Position numbers and translations under genes: made by a program. A stretch of DNA of 64,000 nt, taken from NCBI RefSeq assembly GCF_000981445.1, contig NC_027218.1:248001-312000 (forward strand), in the 5' to 3' direction. The stretch is from Babesia bigemina. Taxonomy: Eukaryota. Of this stretch, positions 33,949 to 45,600 are shown piece by piece; position 1 is the first letter of the stretch; every line of letters starts with the position of its first letter. The notes beneath the pieces were generated by a model. That model was not told the DNA's origin. It saw only the letters and a list, made by a program, of their open reading frames with translations, and did not search any database.

Positions 33949-36326
33949 TGATAAGAGGTGTGAATACAGACTCAAAAATGACAGCGCTGGGCGAAAACGA
34001 TAGAGCAACATACAATTGACGACGTGAATATGAATGTGCTCCGAGCATGCCTCACATACTACGCGTTCTCAATAGACGAACACACGCAAACAGACGAAAT
34101 TATGAATATGCGACGCCCACTAGCTACCTCCCTGAGCAGCAGTTGAACTTCATTTGAAACCTATCACATGAAATCAACAATAATTATGCCGCGTTGCTGA
34201 TCATACGTAGCCAATGAACGCCAAGACTTCCTGATAAAACTTATCAACCCACCACAAACAACGTCACGACGTCCATTCAAACACAGAATAATGTACCAGA
34301 ATATTAGAACCTCCAAGCAGCTATTTCCTTGAGTGGTTTGCGCTCCAATGTGTTCGCAAAGGATGAGGGCAAGTTTAATACAGTGGCGGCAGATACCTTA
34401 CAATAAAGCGCCAACCTCCCCAAAATGTTTGACAACTATCTTTGGTTTTAATATACCTCGTTATATATTTCAATTAGAAAGTGTACCACCGCTCTACACA
34501 AATGTAACCGCGGGAATTTTAGTCGCGACAATGACATGGGGCACTACGAGTCTATCGTATAACCTACAGCGTGATGGCATCCGATGAAGCCACTTTAGGA
34601 GCCGTGTGCCGGTGAAATTAATACAATATAGATATCGTATATGCCGAGTTGTTCATCAAAAATGTTTTTATAGGCTAGCCGTAGAGGCAGTACAAGTAGA
34701 AGAAAGGTGGTAGCTTGGGGTGGTGACCATCTTCAAATAACGTTGAAAAGACTATGTTTAACATCGTTTAGACTTGAACCCGCTTCTTCTTTTCAATAAG
34801 TCGCTGTCTTGGCAGCACACCTAGGAAATTCGCACGCTATACACGCACCGCATATAACCAATAAGTGTGTTTGTGATCAAAGCTAATTGAGCTGAGTGTA
34901 TTGTATCGGTTCCAAATTCTTAGTAACACCTCGTGGCAAGTCTTCACACTGCAGAAACAGCCCCAGCGCAATCCGAGCGTATCAGCGAACGCGATCTCGC
35001 GTCTATTACGCTGTGTTGATTTTCTATTAACGCCAGATTGACACGGAAGATTACATTCTACCTCTCATCGGCCACTAGCGGGGGCCTACGTGAGCTACGA
35101 TCTCGGTTCACCCATGCCGCTCAGACCGTGAGGGCTATTTGATACGGTCTTTGCACATTTTGCCGTCATACGTGAGTAGTTGGTTCTGTATGTGCAGTTC
35201 CGTACGGCTACCAGTCGGCGTCCCGTCCTTGTATATTGGCTGTAAGACGCAATCATACGGCTTCGTGAAATTAGGCGTAAATATACCAATATCAAGGCTG
35301 ATAATGCGTAGATGTGTCTGTATTTGTAAAGTGTGCTCGCTCCAGACATCTACTAGCGATGAAGATGTCACTATGTAGGCACACTCCAGCTTATTACGCT
35401 ATTAATAGGGGCCCCAGCTGTGTGCGCATGACAAACGGTTTCTGTGACGTCAGTACATCGCCTCTACAAAATAAACCTGAGGTATCATACCAGTATGTTG
35501 GCGACCGTGCTTATAGCTGTATGTTATATAGTGAACCATTGCATTGATCATACGTACGACGTGCCAGGATCAGTATAATCTGTATCTTACTAAAATGCGA
35601 ATAAGTATATCTATTACGTCGTATGCGCAAGATACCAAGGGGGAGGGGATAATGCATCTCCTACACAACGTTAACATACGGGTCCGTTTAGACAAGTTAT
35701 GGCATTTGAGCAAAACGTGAGTTGCAAGCTTGTTTTCGCGTAAAGAGTTCGTATCTAGTTCACAATAAAACTGCTGCTTCATGTAATCAAATCGTATTCT
35801 TGTGTTTACTGGCGACAGTGTTAACTAAGTAGTATCCTATTGTCTATGTGCCATGTTGATATGTATACCTGTTCAGCATGAGAAGACCATACATATGTAA
35901 TGCGTCGTAATGAACATTTCAGATGCTTTATGCGTATCATTAAAAGGCGATTGGCGACTGTGTTTAGTCTGGGAACAGATATCTATTATCTATTGGCAAA
36001 GTGCATTTCTTAACAATGGCAAGCACTCACAAATCCTTTTAACTCATATCCAAATACAAGAGGTGAAATTGTATATATGGATGTCTCTGATGTGTTAACG
36101 TTAGCTCGTTGTTGAACGTCTCCCTGGATACTGGTGGCTGTATGCCCGGCGTGCACTTCCAATATTTCCACGTTTTTCGAGTCTTTGGAACCTATAGTTA
36201 CATGATGCCATTAGTTGGGGAATTATCCAGTATACCTAATAGATGCTTTAAAGAATCCTATAGGTTGTCTATCTTAATATAAACATAGTAGGAACCTATT
36301 CTTGTGTGTGCAGCTCTCACGATGCC

Positions 36327-37085
36327 ATGGAAGCTTACAAAAGGCGCTGCATAAAGCGCTACCAATATTGTGATTTGGCGTCTGCCATTTTCGACGGATA
36401 TCTCGTATATTACATTGTCCGTCAGGTAGACATCACCGGCCGGTCAAAGGCAATGATAGAAATATTTGCAACATGGTTTAGGATCGTCTTTGTTGTAAAA
36501 GTTTTATTGCACTTATTAGTTGTACCCGTGTTTGTTTTTACTGGATCTGTAAGTAAAATTTGCTTGACCATCATTCCCTACGAAACTGAGAGTATTATGC
36601 CAATAGTACTGCCAGATGCAAAGTCTTCGAGCAGTGAAATCCCAACGACGCCAAGTGCAAGGGCGGTATTGACGTACAAGTACACGGAAAAGGCGAAACT
36701 GCTTTTTCAAACGTTCGGACTCGTCTGCTTCACTGCACTATTGCTTACCCTTGATCACTACCTTCACAGGCTGTTGGACATCACACTCATGGCTATGTGG
36801 TTTTGTGCGGTGTCATCTGCGACACAGCTGCATTATGTGTACTTCCGAGATTATTCACCGTGCAGAGAGAGCAAACAGGGCGAATCGGAACTTCTTCATC
36901 CAAGAATAAAATGTATGTGGATGTTATACACCGTTACGATGATTGCCGGGTGGTCATTTGGTAATTATTTGGCATTGTTGGATTGGGACGAACCTTATAT
37001 ATTCTTCCCAAATGCCAATTTCATCGGCATGTGCCTCGGTCACCTGGCTGCTGCAATATTGACTCCAATATGTTCTAACGTGTAG
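36327..37085 (+). CDS. PIGF: GPI biosynthesis protein PIG-F-like
   Basis: Multi-TM protein with C-terminal GWSFGNYLALLDWDEPYIFFP resembling the PIG-F LDW motif. Confidence 0.65.
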   Translation: MEAYKRRCIKRYQYCDLASAIFDGYLVYYIVRQVDITGRSKAMIEIFATWFRIVFVVKVLLHLLVVPVFVFTGSVSKICLTIIPYETESIMPIVLPDAKSSSSEIPTTPSARAVLTYKYTEKAKLLFQTFGLVCFTALLLTLDHYLHRLLDITLMAMWFCAVSSATQLHYVYFRDYSPCRESKQGESELLHPRIKCMWMLYTVTMIAGWSFGNYLALLDWDEPYIFFPNANFIGMCLGHLAAAILTPICSNV

Positions 37086-37528
37086 CTAAAATATTGTTCG
37101 TTGTTGTAATTAGCAAAACATCCCATTCTTACTATTCCTACATGCATATTAGAATATGTTGCTTAGCATCATGCAAATTCAGTCCTTCTAGATGATAAAA
37201 ACTGATAGAGAGTGGCACGTGTGTGCGGCCATCGCTTGAGGTGTCTAAAGTTGCGGAATCCTCTTGATGACGAACACACATCTTAGAAACATTTGTTGAT
37301 ATATTTATATAAGCGAGCTTTAATCATCATTAGAAGCTGATTGGTGCGTAATGTGTGAAGGAATTGTATTAGACAGTATAAGTGGCGTGAGGGGTGTAGG
37401 TCGACACACTCGTGGTATATGCCCACCGGTGCGTCATCGTCAATGAACGAATTCCGCATAGGTGAACTACACAATTCATCGCAAAACTATAGCCGTTGTA
37501 TTTGTTATGCGCAATCCAACTTGTAAAT

Positions 37529-39295
37529 ATGTCACTGTCGTTGGAGACTAGCGCCGGATACATTGACTCAGAATACAGTGACTTTGAACATGTGGATCCC
37601 TTGTCTACAATTGAGAAATCGTCACCCAAATTCGGCCGAGATGATATGAAGTACCTCGCCGATCGCAATGTAGCACCGGGATTATTATGTGGCATAGAGG
37701 CCATTTCCGAGAAAACACCTAAAACCTCTGGACGTGACAATATGACCTTAAGCCATAACTATGTAGATCATACAACAACCAAATCTTTTATTTCTGGACG
37801 GCACAACTCTAGGAGAGATGACAGGTTTTCGTCTAACAGGGAGTTCAGCGTTGAGTATTTTTCGGATGAATCGTGTAGAGCTGACACAGTCAACAATGGG
37901 TTCAAGTGGTGGTGTGACGAGCAGGAGGCATCAGACTTTTCAGTAGCAAATACGGGCGAAGATGTAACACCCATCAAATTCGAGTCGGTGGTTCCTATCG
38001 AGGAACGTAAAATGCTAGACGCGCTTCATGCAGTGCAACTTGGTAATCCACAACAGATGAGTGACAGGACCAGGTGCGGTTCCACGTCATCAGACGATTG
38101 CGAATCGAATGAGAGTCTCTGTTCTGCTATGAGTTCGCCAAGGGAACTACCTGAAGATCAAGAGGAGGAATGGTCCAGCTTTATGAAACCAGCAGATTCG
38201 GATGTGGAAGTCGATTTGCTTAAAGAACAAATTCTGCATAGGTTAGGCCTCAAACTTACGAATGTGAGAATGAAAGGGCCCTTGGAAAAGCAATGTAACC
38301 GGAAATGTGATGCTGCCTCACAAACGAGTGAAGATGGCTTTGTTTCCGCATATAAAGATTACGAAATCGTTTGGTTAAGGAATGTTAATGGCATGCTTTC
38401 AAAACAGTTTATTGAGCTTATTAGTGGAGGTAAGCTTATGGCATACAAGACGGATCAGAGATTTATTGAAAGTCTGCAGTCCCATCTAAGTAGATCACAG
38501 ACTGAGATTGACCGTCTGCTGCGCATCAACCCTGACCCACTCAATTGTAAAGATGAGTGCCCCAATGATAGCAATCTCATCGATGAGTTGGCGATGATAA
38601 AAGCTCAAAACCTTAATCTGAAAAAAGAGGTTGAAGTGTTGAAGGCTCAACTACGACAGGCAAATGAAACAGATTCGTTTGTGGAACGTGTCAAGGCGCT
38701 AGAACAAAAGTTGAGGGAGGAAAGGTTGTCTAAAATGGCGCTCATGGAGGATTTTAACAAAACCCTGGGGTACATGAGGCTCATGAAAGACAGGCTCAAA
38801 ACACTTTCTGAAGAGAAGTGTGCCCGATTGTTGACTCCTAGCTCTGCGATGACAGACTTTCCCGGCCGATTCAACGCCGGAGAGTGCACCAGCAAACCCG
38901 CCGTAAAGCCGAATACGCTGAAAGGTTGCGTGAAGCGTTCAAACACAACTAGCTGCGCCCCCAGTAAACAGGATAGAGTCAAATTTGCGGAAACATCGGA
39001 TGTCTACTATCTACCGAAAAGGTCAAATTCCGAACTAGGGCCTTTTTTGGTGGATAGTAAGAGACAAATGCCCATCCTTCCTTGTAAGATAAGACCAGTA
39101 GATCCAAAGGCCAAATCCGAGAACAACAGTGGATTAATGGGTTTTATAAAGAGCATAAAGCAAACTTTTAGTAATAAATTGGATCAGACTTCACCGAGGG
39201 CAAACGTGCTTAAAATACCAAATGGTCAGGAATCACAAACGCAACAAAAACTGGCAATGTACAAAAGGCACCTGCTTTCCAGAGGTCTTTCATAA
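37529..39295 (+). CDS. Hypothetical coiled-coil protein
   Basis: ~590-aa ORF with acidic N-half and heptad region (LKKEVEVLKAQL...LEQKLREE). Confidence 0.8.
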   Translation: MSLSLETSAGYIDSEYSDFEHVDPLSTIEKSSPKFGRDDMKYLADRNVAPGLLCGIEAISEKTPKTSGRDNMTLSHNYVDHTTTKSFISGRHNSRRDDRFSSNREFSVEYFSDESCRADTVNNGFKWWCDEQEASDFSVANTGEDVTPIKFESVVPIEERKMLDALHAVQLGNPQQMSDRTRCGSTSSDDCESNESLCSAMSSPRELPEDQEEEWSSFMKPADSDVEVDLLKEQILHRLGLKLTNVRMKGPLEKQCNRKCDAASQTSEDGFVSAYKDYEIVWLRNVNGMLSKQFIELISGGKLMAYKTDQRFIESLQSHLSRSQTEIDRLLRINPDPLNCKDECPNDSNLIDELAMIKAQNLNLKKEVEVLKAQLRQANETDSFVERVKALEQKLREERLSKMALMEDFNKTLGYMRLMKDRLKTLSEEKCARLLTPSSAMTDFPGRFNAGECTSKPAVKPNTLKGCVKRSNTTSCAPSKQDRVKFAETSDVYYLPKRSNSELGPFLVDSKRQMPILPCKIRPVDPKAKSENNSGLMGFIKSIKQTFSNKLDQTSPRANVLKIPNGQESQTQQKLAMYKRHLLSRGLS

Positions 39296-39316
39296 ATGAA
39301 CTTGACTTTATAATAA

Positions 39317-40484
39317 CTAATTAATGTATGTGAGGTCCTCTAGTAAGTAGTCGTTGTTCCTTTCCTTCTTCTCTGGCGGCTCACGTCGGGGAGATGGGTC
39401 AAATTGCAAACTGATCGCTCATGTGTTTTGTACTCAGAAACCTACAAAGTGAAACGCATCCTCTCATCTATCTCCATTATTGCCGCCTGGTTCTGACAAC
39501 GGTAACAGTAGTTTGGTGCCGAAAAGATGGTTACAACGTTGCGATCTTGTGACCATTGGTACCCCTCCATTATTAGTTGATGGGCGCGTGCAATTAATTC
39601 CAGACCATTCGTGCGATTGAATGCCTTCGAAATGTCGTATCCAAAAGTGAAACCTGCCCCCCTCGGGCTCAGGCCCCAGCCCGTTCGCTCCTCAGGGTCT
39701 GACCACAGTAGATCGCACATGGCACCTTCGTGTGGTACCTCCTGGATCCTGCGGCATTTTGTGCTGAATCGTGGAGTGGGGGGGGCTGTATGTTAGGTCA
39801 TTCAACTGAATGACAAAAACCCGCATAACTAACGCACCTGTTGAGATCTCTTACTTGATCTAAGGAGTCAAATGAGGGTGACAAACCCGCATGAGGGCAG
39901 AAAATCCTCCCGTCAATTAAGGCTCCCAGGGGCAGATAATCAAAAATGTCTATTATGCATTAAAAGGCTGAAGGTATATACATACTCGTTAGCGCTATCC
40001 ACACATCGGCGTTGCCATACTTCCTCAAGCATTCGTCGTAGAATCCATACACCTGTGTGATTTGGCGACATTCGTGGTTGCCACGGATGATAAATACTGC
40101 ATAGGTTCTTTAGAAAGATTGTGATGCCATACCTCTCTCTTTATATCGCACTTTCAGTGCTAAAATTAACGAAACACTCTCCACTGAGTAGTATCCTCGG
40201 TCGACGTAATCACCTAGAAAAAGGAAGTTAGTATTTGGCGACGTACCGGCAATACGAAACAGCTCCTTCAAATCATACAGCTGTCCATGAATGTCTCCAA
40301 CCACCGTAACAGGTGCGGTTACAGGTATGATGTTGCTTTCGGCCGCTAAAATTTCTTTTGCTTTGTTGCATAGCTTGACCACGGTCTGTGCAGAGATTGC
40401 CTCGCTATTGAAAATCCGATCGATCGTGACCTCCAATTCACCGACATCAACTTCTGATAGATAGTAATCTACATCGCGCTCCAT
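39317..40484 (-). CDS. PP2A: Ser/Thr protein phosphatase 2A catalytic subunit, five exons
   Basis: [57 protein letters not shown]. Confidence 0.93.
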
Positions 40485-40791
40485 GAATGAGAAGATTGCC
40501 CATTAAAAATTATTATGGCATATCGCTAAACGTACTGTTATCCAATGTATCAATAAAGTATACGTCGATGATTCAAACAATTATTTCCCGTGAATTTTTG
40601 AGTTATCTGTGGAACGATTTTGTATGGTAAATTCCATACGGAACTTACACCTTTAGACGGTACGCGTTGACCGTCATACGTTGCATATCGACTCGACGAA
40701 GTGGGCCAATCACTTCGTTTAATTGGATACTTTTGATGACGTATTTTCGACCTCTTAATGTGTGCAGTTTGGTTGAAATTTATACGGGGAT

Positions 40792-41181
40792 ATGATAGGT
40801 GTTAATCATGTCTGTGAAATATTTGTGGAATTTGCGGGAGGTCTAAGTGCGTTTACAGTAGATAAGAGAAGGCGATTGAAAATTGAAATTCAAACGGAAT
40901 CTGTTACTGTATCTCAGCTAGTGGCGTATCTGCGCAAAGCTGCCTTCGCTGCAAAGAGGGACCTTTTCGCGTATCCGCCTAAATTGGAGGCTATCAGGTG
41001 TTCGGAAGTTGAGGTCCGTGGGGATTTGCCAGGTGTTTTTAATATGGGTGAAACTTCCGATGTCATACCCGGTGTTATTGTGCTAATAGATGATACGGAT
41101 TTAGAACTACTTGGTGGCAGTGGTCATAAATTAAAGGGAAAACGCGATGTTTCATTTATTTCATCTTTACATGGAGGTTAA
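40792..41181 (+). CDS. URM1: Ubiquitin-related modifier 1
   Basis: VEFAGGL, PGVIVLIDDTDLELLG, C-terminal FISSLHGG. Confidence 0.9.
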   Translation: MIGVNHVCEIFVEFAGGLSAFTVDKRRRLKIEIQTESVTVSQLVAYLRKAAFAAKRDLFAYPPKLEAIRCSEVEVRGDLPGVFNMGETSDVIPGVIVLIDDTDLELLGGSGHKLKGKRDVSFISSLHGG

Positions 41182-41347
41182 GATTGAATACGGTTGCTCT
41201 GGGGGAATTATTAATACACCCTGTCTATACCGGTGCCATGTTACTGAAAGGCGTGCCCTATGCATAAATGTCTAGACTGTTGTATGCTGGGATGTTAAAG
41301 GTAAATCGCGTTACCATATATAGATCGGGGTAATTTGTGTGTTTCCC

Positions 41348-41917
41348 ATGAAGCCAACGTTAAGATTTTGGGGAAGGAGGCACGCCGGGGGAGGCCCCGT
41401 CCCTCTTCTAAGGAACCCGGTCAAGCGTTGGTTACACCTTTTGATATTCCTACATCTTGTCCTCTTACTTCTATCTTGTTGCACAATTAGCTTCCCGTTT
41501 ATATACGATTTGCATTGCTCAATACTCTTTAATTCATTGGCCCATATAATCGCTTCAGCCGTAGGATCTTTTGTCATGGCCGCCTACTATACGGCCATTG
41601 CTGCGAGGGACTGGGGCACAGAAGTGGAATGGGCAACGACGGCTATAATAACGTGCTCTATGGTTGTTGTTGACATAATTATCAGCGGTTGGGGAATATA
41701 CGCTCTCAGCAATGCCTCCCTCAAAATATACCGGGCTCTATACAATGATCTGGAATTAGAACCTGAATGTTTGCAAACAAAGGCAGCTTCCGTTTTTGTT
41801 GTCGCATTCGCTGTCATATGTGCCCACCTTGTTGTAGCGGGAATATGTGCTGTAGTATCCGTACTGCTAAGTAAGGGGATAAAACGACAACTGTTGGAAC
41901 TGAGGGACATCTACTGA
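41348..41917 (+). CDS. Four-TM hypothetical membrane protein
   Basis: Four hydrophobic helices in a ~190-aa ORF. Confidence 0.7.
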   Translation: MKPTLRFWGRRHAGGGPVPLLRNPVKRWLHLLIFLHLVLLLLSCCTISFPFIYDLHCSILFNSLAHIIASAVGSFVMAAYYTAIAARDWGTEVEWATTAIITCSMVVVDIIISGWGIYALSNASLKIYRALYNDLELEPECLQTKAASVFVVAFAVICAHLVVAGICAVVSVLLSKGIKRQLLELRDIY

Positions 41918-42694
41918 AACAGCAATGTCGGGTCGTAACATTAGGGGTAATATGGTAGATATATGCGATCACGGTAGCCTCTGCTTTTACTAACACCAAC
42001 ACTTCTTAACTATGTATAACCAGTGCCAATGTGGGAATACACCTTGTTCATCGACGTGAGTAATTAGTTATTAACAGCCACGTTTAGCGTGTGTCGTTTT
42101 CATTTAGCTTTTAAAAGCGGTTCATTACCCAGCAGTGTTTATTGGCCGTGATGCTGCATTCACGTATGCGGTATATCCTGGACCGTGGACTGTTGTCACG
42201 ATCGCAGTGTTTTTATGAATGTAGGCCACTTACCCAGGGAATGTGCAGCTCTTATAAGCGGTTCATGGTCTTAAAAGTGCATATTCGCGGTGGCCTTCAA
42301 AATGCGCCTAATCATCTCTACATTGGGAGAGGGTTGCCATTTGTGACAATATAGCGATGTGTGTGAACTTTCCAGCAACGTATGTTCTGTTTAAAGAAGT
42401 TGTAGTAGAATCGTCCGAAAATAAGTGAATAGGGTGCGGAAACGGTATGTTGCGACGCGTCGCTTCGGAACGGTTATTCGAGAGTCTCGACCTCAGTATC
42501 CAAACAAGAGTCTCTAATACATATTAAATTATGTCGCACATACATTACCCAATTCTTCGTCGCACAACTTGTTTATGTCCTGATACAATCTCAACACTTT
42601 TCTCGACATTTTGCTCAAGACGGTAACACATGTGATCCAAAAGTGGATACGAGCACCGATATCAGTCTAAAACACTGTACTGCAAAGTCTAATA

Positions 42695-45600
42695 TTAAAA
42701 TGCTGAACTGTCACTCGAGTCTGTCGTTAGAATGTAACTTCTGACACATCGATCTATGACCTGTATGTCGTTATTGAAGGTGAAGTCGAAGCGATTGGGG
42801 AAATTTGTCATCAATATAAGTTTCAACCTTTCCGAAACGCAGACTTTACCTGGAATGCCATTGCTTTCCATGGCATTTGCAGTGTGAATGTCCATACCCC
42901 AGAGATCGTAACGAAGCCTCCCGGAACCAACAACCCCTCCCACCGAACAGCCGTAGTGCAACCCGATCCTCATATTCAGACCTGGAATGTTAAAAGCTTC
43001 TCTGACGTCTTGAATAGTTCTAATCATGGAGTATGCCATTTGAAGGATCCCCTCGATATTGGCAATTGCCTCTTGATCTGACGGCACTTCAATAGCCGGC
43101 TCACTAACAGCTACATACGCATCGCCAATTGTGCAAAGTTTGTATAACCCAAACTTTGTGCTATTTCTGTCGAAACGCGCAAACAACCTTTGTAAGAGTG
43201 CAATTACCTCACATGCATCTACAGAATTAGCCCACAACGTAAAACCAACGATATCGGAAAACAGAAATGACATTTTTTCGTGACAATATGACATTTTCAA
43301 CTTGTCGCTTTTGAATTCTTCCAAAACACTCTTTGGCAGCATATCGTTGAGCATCTGTCCTACACGTGCCTCTATCATCCGGGCCTTCTCGTTAGAATGG
43401 AATGCACGCCTATCTATAGCTTCCTTGCAATGAGCAGATATCAAATTGAAGACTATGTAGCAAGGAATGCTGCACAGCGTGATAGACGTTGTTGCAGTTT
43501 GAACAACACTGGAGGAGATAAAAGTCATAGAAATTATCACGAATAATGTATCCACTAATAAACACGTCTGGAAGAGCATCCCACTACTATGATGCAGCAC
43601 CACAATATAAAAATAAAATTCAATGCTGTCCGATGGAAGCCATAGATTGAGATATTGGGAATACACTCCGCTCCCTGCAACCGCCCAGGAATTTGAAAGA
43701 GCGAAAATGCATGCTGCACTAACGAAGAGTAAGTTCAAAAAGAATGTTAGCCACATTGTTGTGTTGGATTCTGAGCGCCGCGAAAATGAGTTGAAATGGA
43801 ACAATAGCCACATGACAAACACAAGGGTAATGTATACAGATCTCACTGTCCAATATTGAACGTATTTGATAAACAGTAGCCTCTCCATATTACTGTCGTC
43901 TTCGAAACTTCGGGGGATTGCGATTTCAAGAATACTCTGCGCTACGAAAGTGATAAGGAAGATCACTAACGTTTGCTCAATCGTGTTTATATTTGCCCTG
44001 TTATGGTAAAAGTGTGATCTGTAACGATCTTCCTGTAATTTATCCGTAAACTTTAACATTATCCACTCCTTGGTCTTCATCCGCATGTCACTACCATCTA
44101 TCCCACTATTAATTTCGTCGTCCTCATCCTGAGCGTTTTGTCGTGTAAAACTACTCGAATGTATTGGGCTTGAAGCACTAAGTGTATTGTGACGCAACGC
44201 CATTGTGTTTGCCCTCCGCAAAAAATTAAGACACCTAGACGCGCGTGATTGAACCGAATTTGTCGAAGCTGCACCTGTGCTATACATGCTGCAATGTCGC
44301 AGCAGCCCAGGTTGGTCTTTTAAGAATACTCCATCATCTTCTTCTGTTAGCGCTCCTACAGCAGCTGATATTCGTAGTTTTCGTGAGCATGAACGTTCAT
44401 AATCATTGGCATGTGCTACAGCTGGGATTGCTGTGTCAACGCTGCTACGCAGGCAGATGTCATCAGAGATGTTCAATGAATGGCTTTTGTCTAGGCATTC
44501 GAACAGTATGTTGTTGTTTTCGGGTGATTTGTTGCGTGCACCTCGTTCATGGTCAACTATTCCCTCGCCTATCTTCGCAACAGGCACATCTCGCGAGCCC
44601 ATTTCATCGCTTGTATTAGCTCGATAAACATTCGCGGTGCCACAAGTATCTACACTCTCGAAGTTTGGATATGCCGACCCTTCAGCAGAAATCAGTAAAT
44701 GTGTTTTCATCATACCCTTGCCCTTAACGAAGGTCTCACGGTGACTGAACGTCAACGTTGAATCGGCCTTCACCAAATTGTATGTGTCGTCCGTTATATG
44801 TATGTAACCCACTTCTCCCATGCTTTTCATCCGGCTGGCAGTATTGACTGTGTCTCCGAAAAGAGCATACTGTGGTTTCTTCGCACCTACCAAACCAGAT
44901 ATGACCTTACCCGAATTAATTCCGATCTTCACAAGCACAGATTCACTTTGCTCCATATATGACCCATCATGGCATTCACTTATATAAGAGTAATGTATTT
45001 GCTTGGATGCTTCCATCATAGCCAATGCCATGTCAATAGCATTTGCTGCTGATTCATACGGGCAAGGGGCAATGCCCCGCGATAAGCCACAAGCGGCCAA
45101 ATAAGTTTCAAAAACAGTTTCGATTTTTGTTGCCCCAAACTGTTCCGCGCACCTATCGAACGCTAGAAACAAAGAATCCAGAAGCTCCACAAGAGTAGTT
45201 GGTTCCACGGTGGCTACCAAGTTCTGAAAGTGATAGACGTCACAAAACAAGACCGACACAACTGCATGTTCCTCAGCTTCGAAACCTATAGGGATTCCAT
45301 CCTCATTCAATCGTGCATTTATCATTTTAGAAACAACAAAATTTGGTAGCATAGTGTTTAACAACTCGCTTTGCTTTTTTCGCGCGTTCCTCGCAGAAAA
45401 TTCGAATAAGAAATTCTTCCTGTTGTTATATTCCAACCGATAACCCACAAATGCGACAAATACATTGATTCCAATAAATAAAGGCACAGTGTGAATGGAC
45501 TTGTCAACACTCCGTATGGTGGAAACTACGAAAATTGCGTTAGCCAGCAAAGCATAAATGAATGTTATGTGCAGAATCACGAAAGTGAAAATTGGGAATA

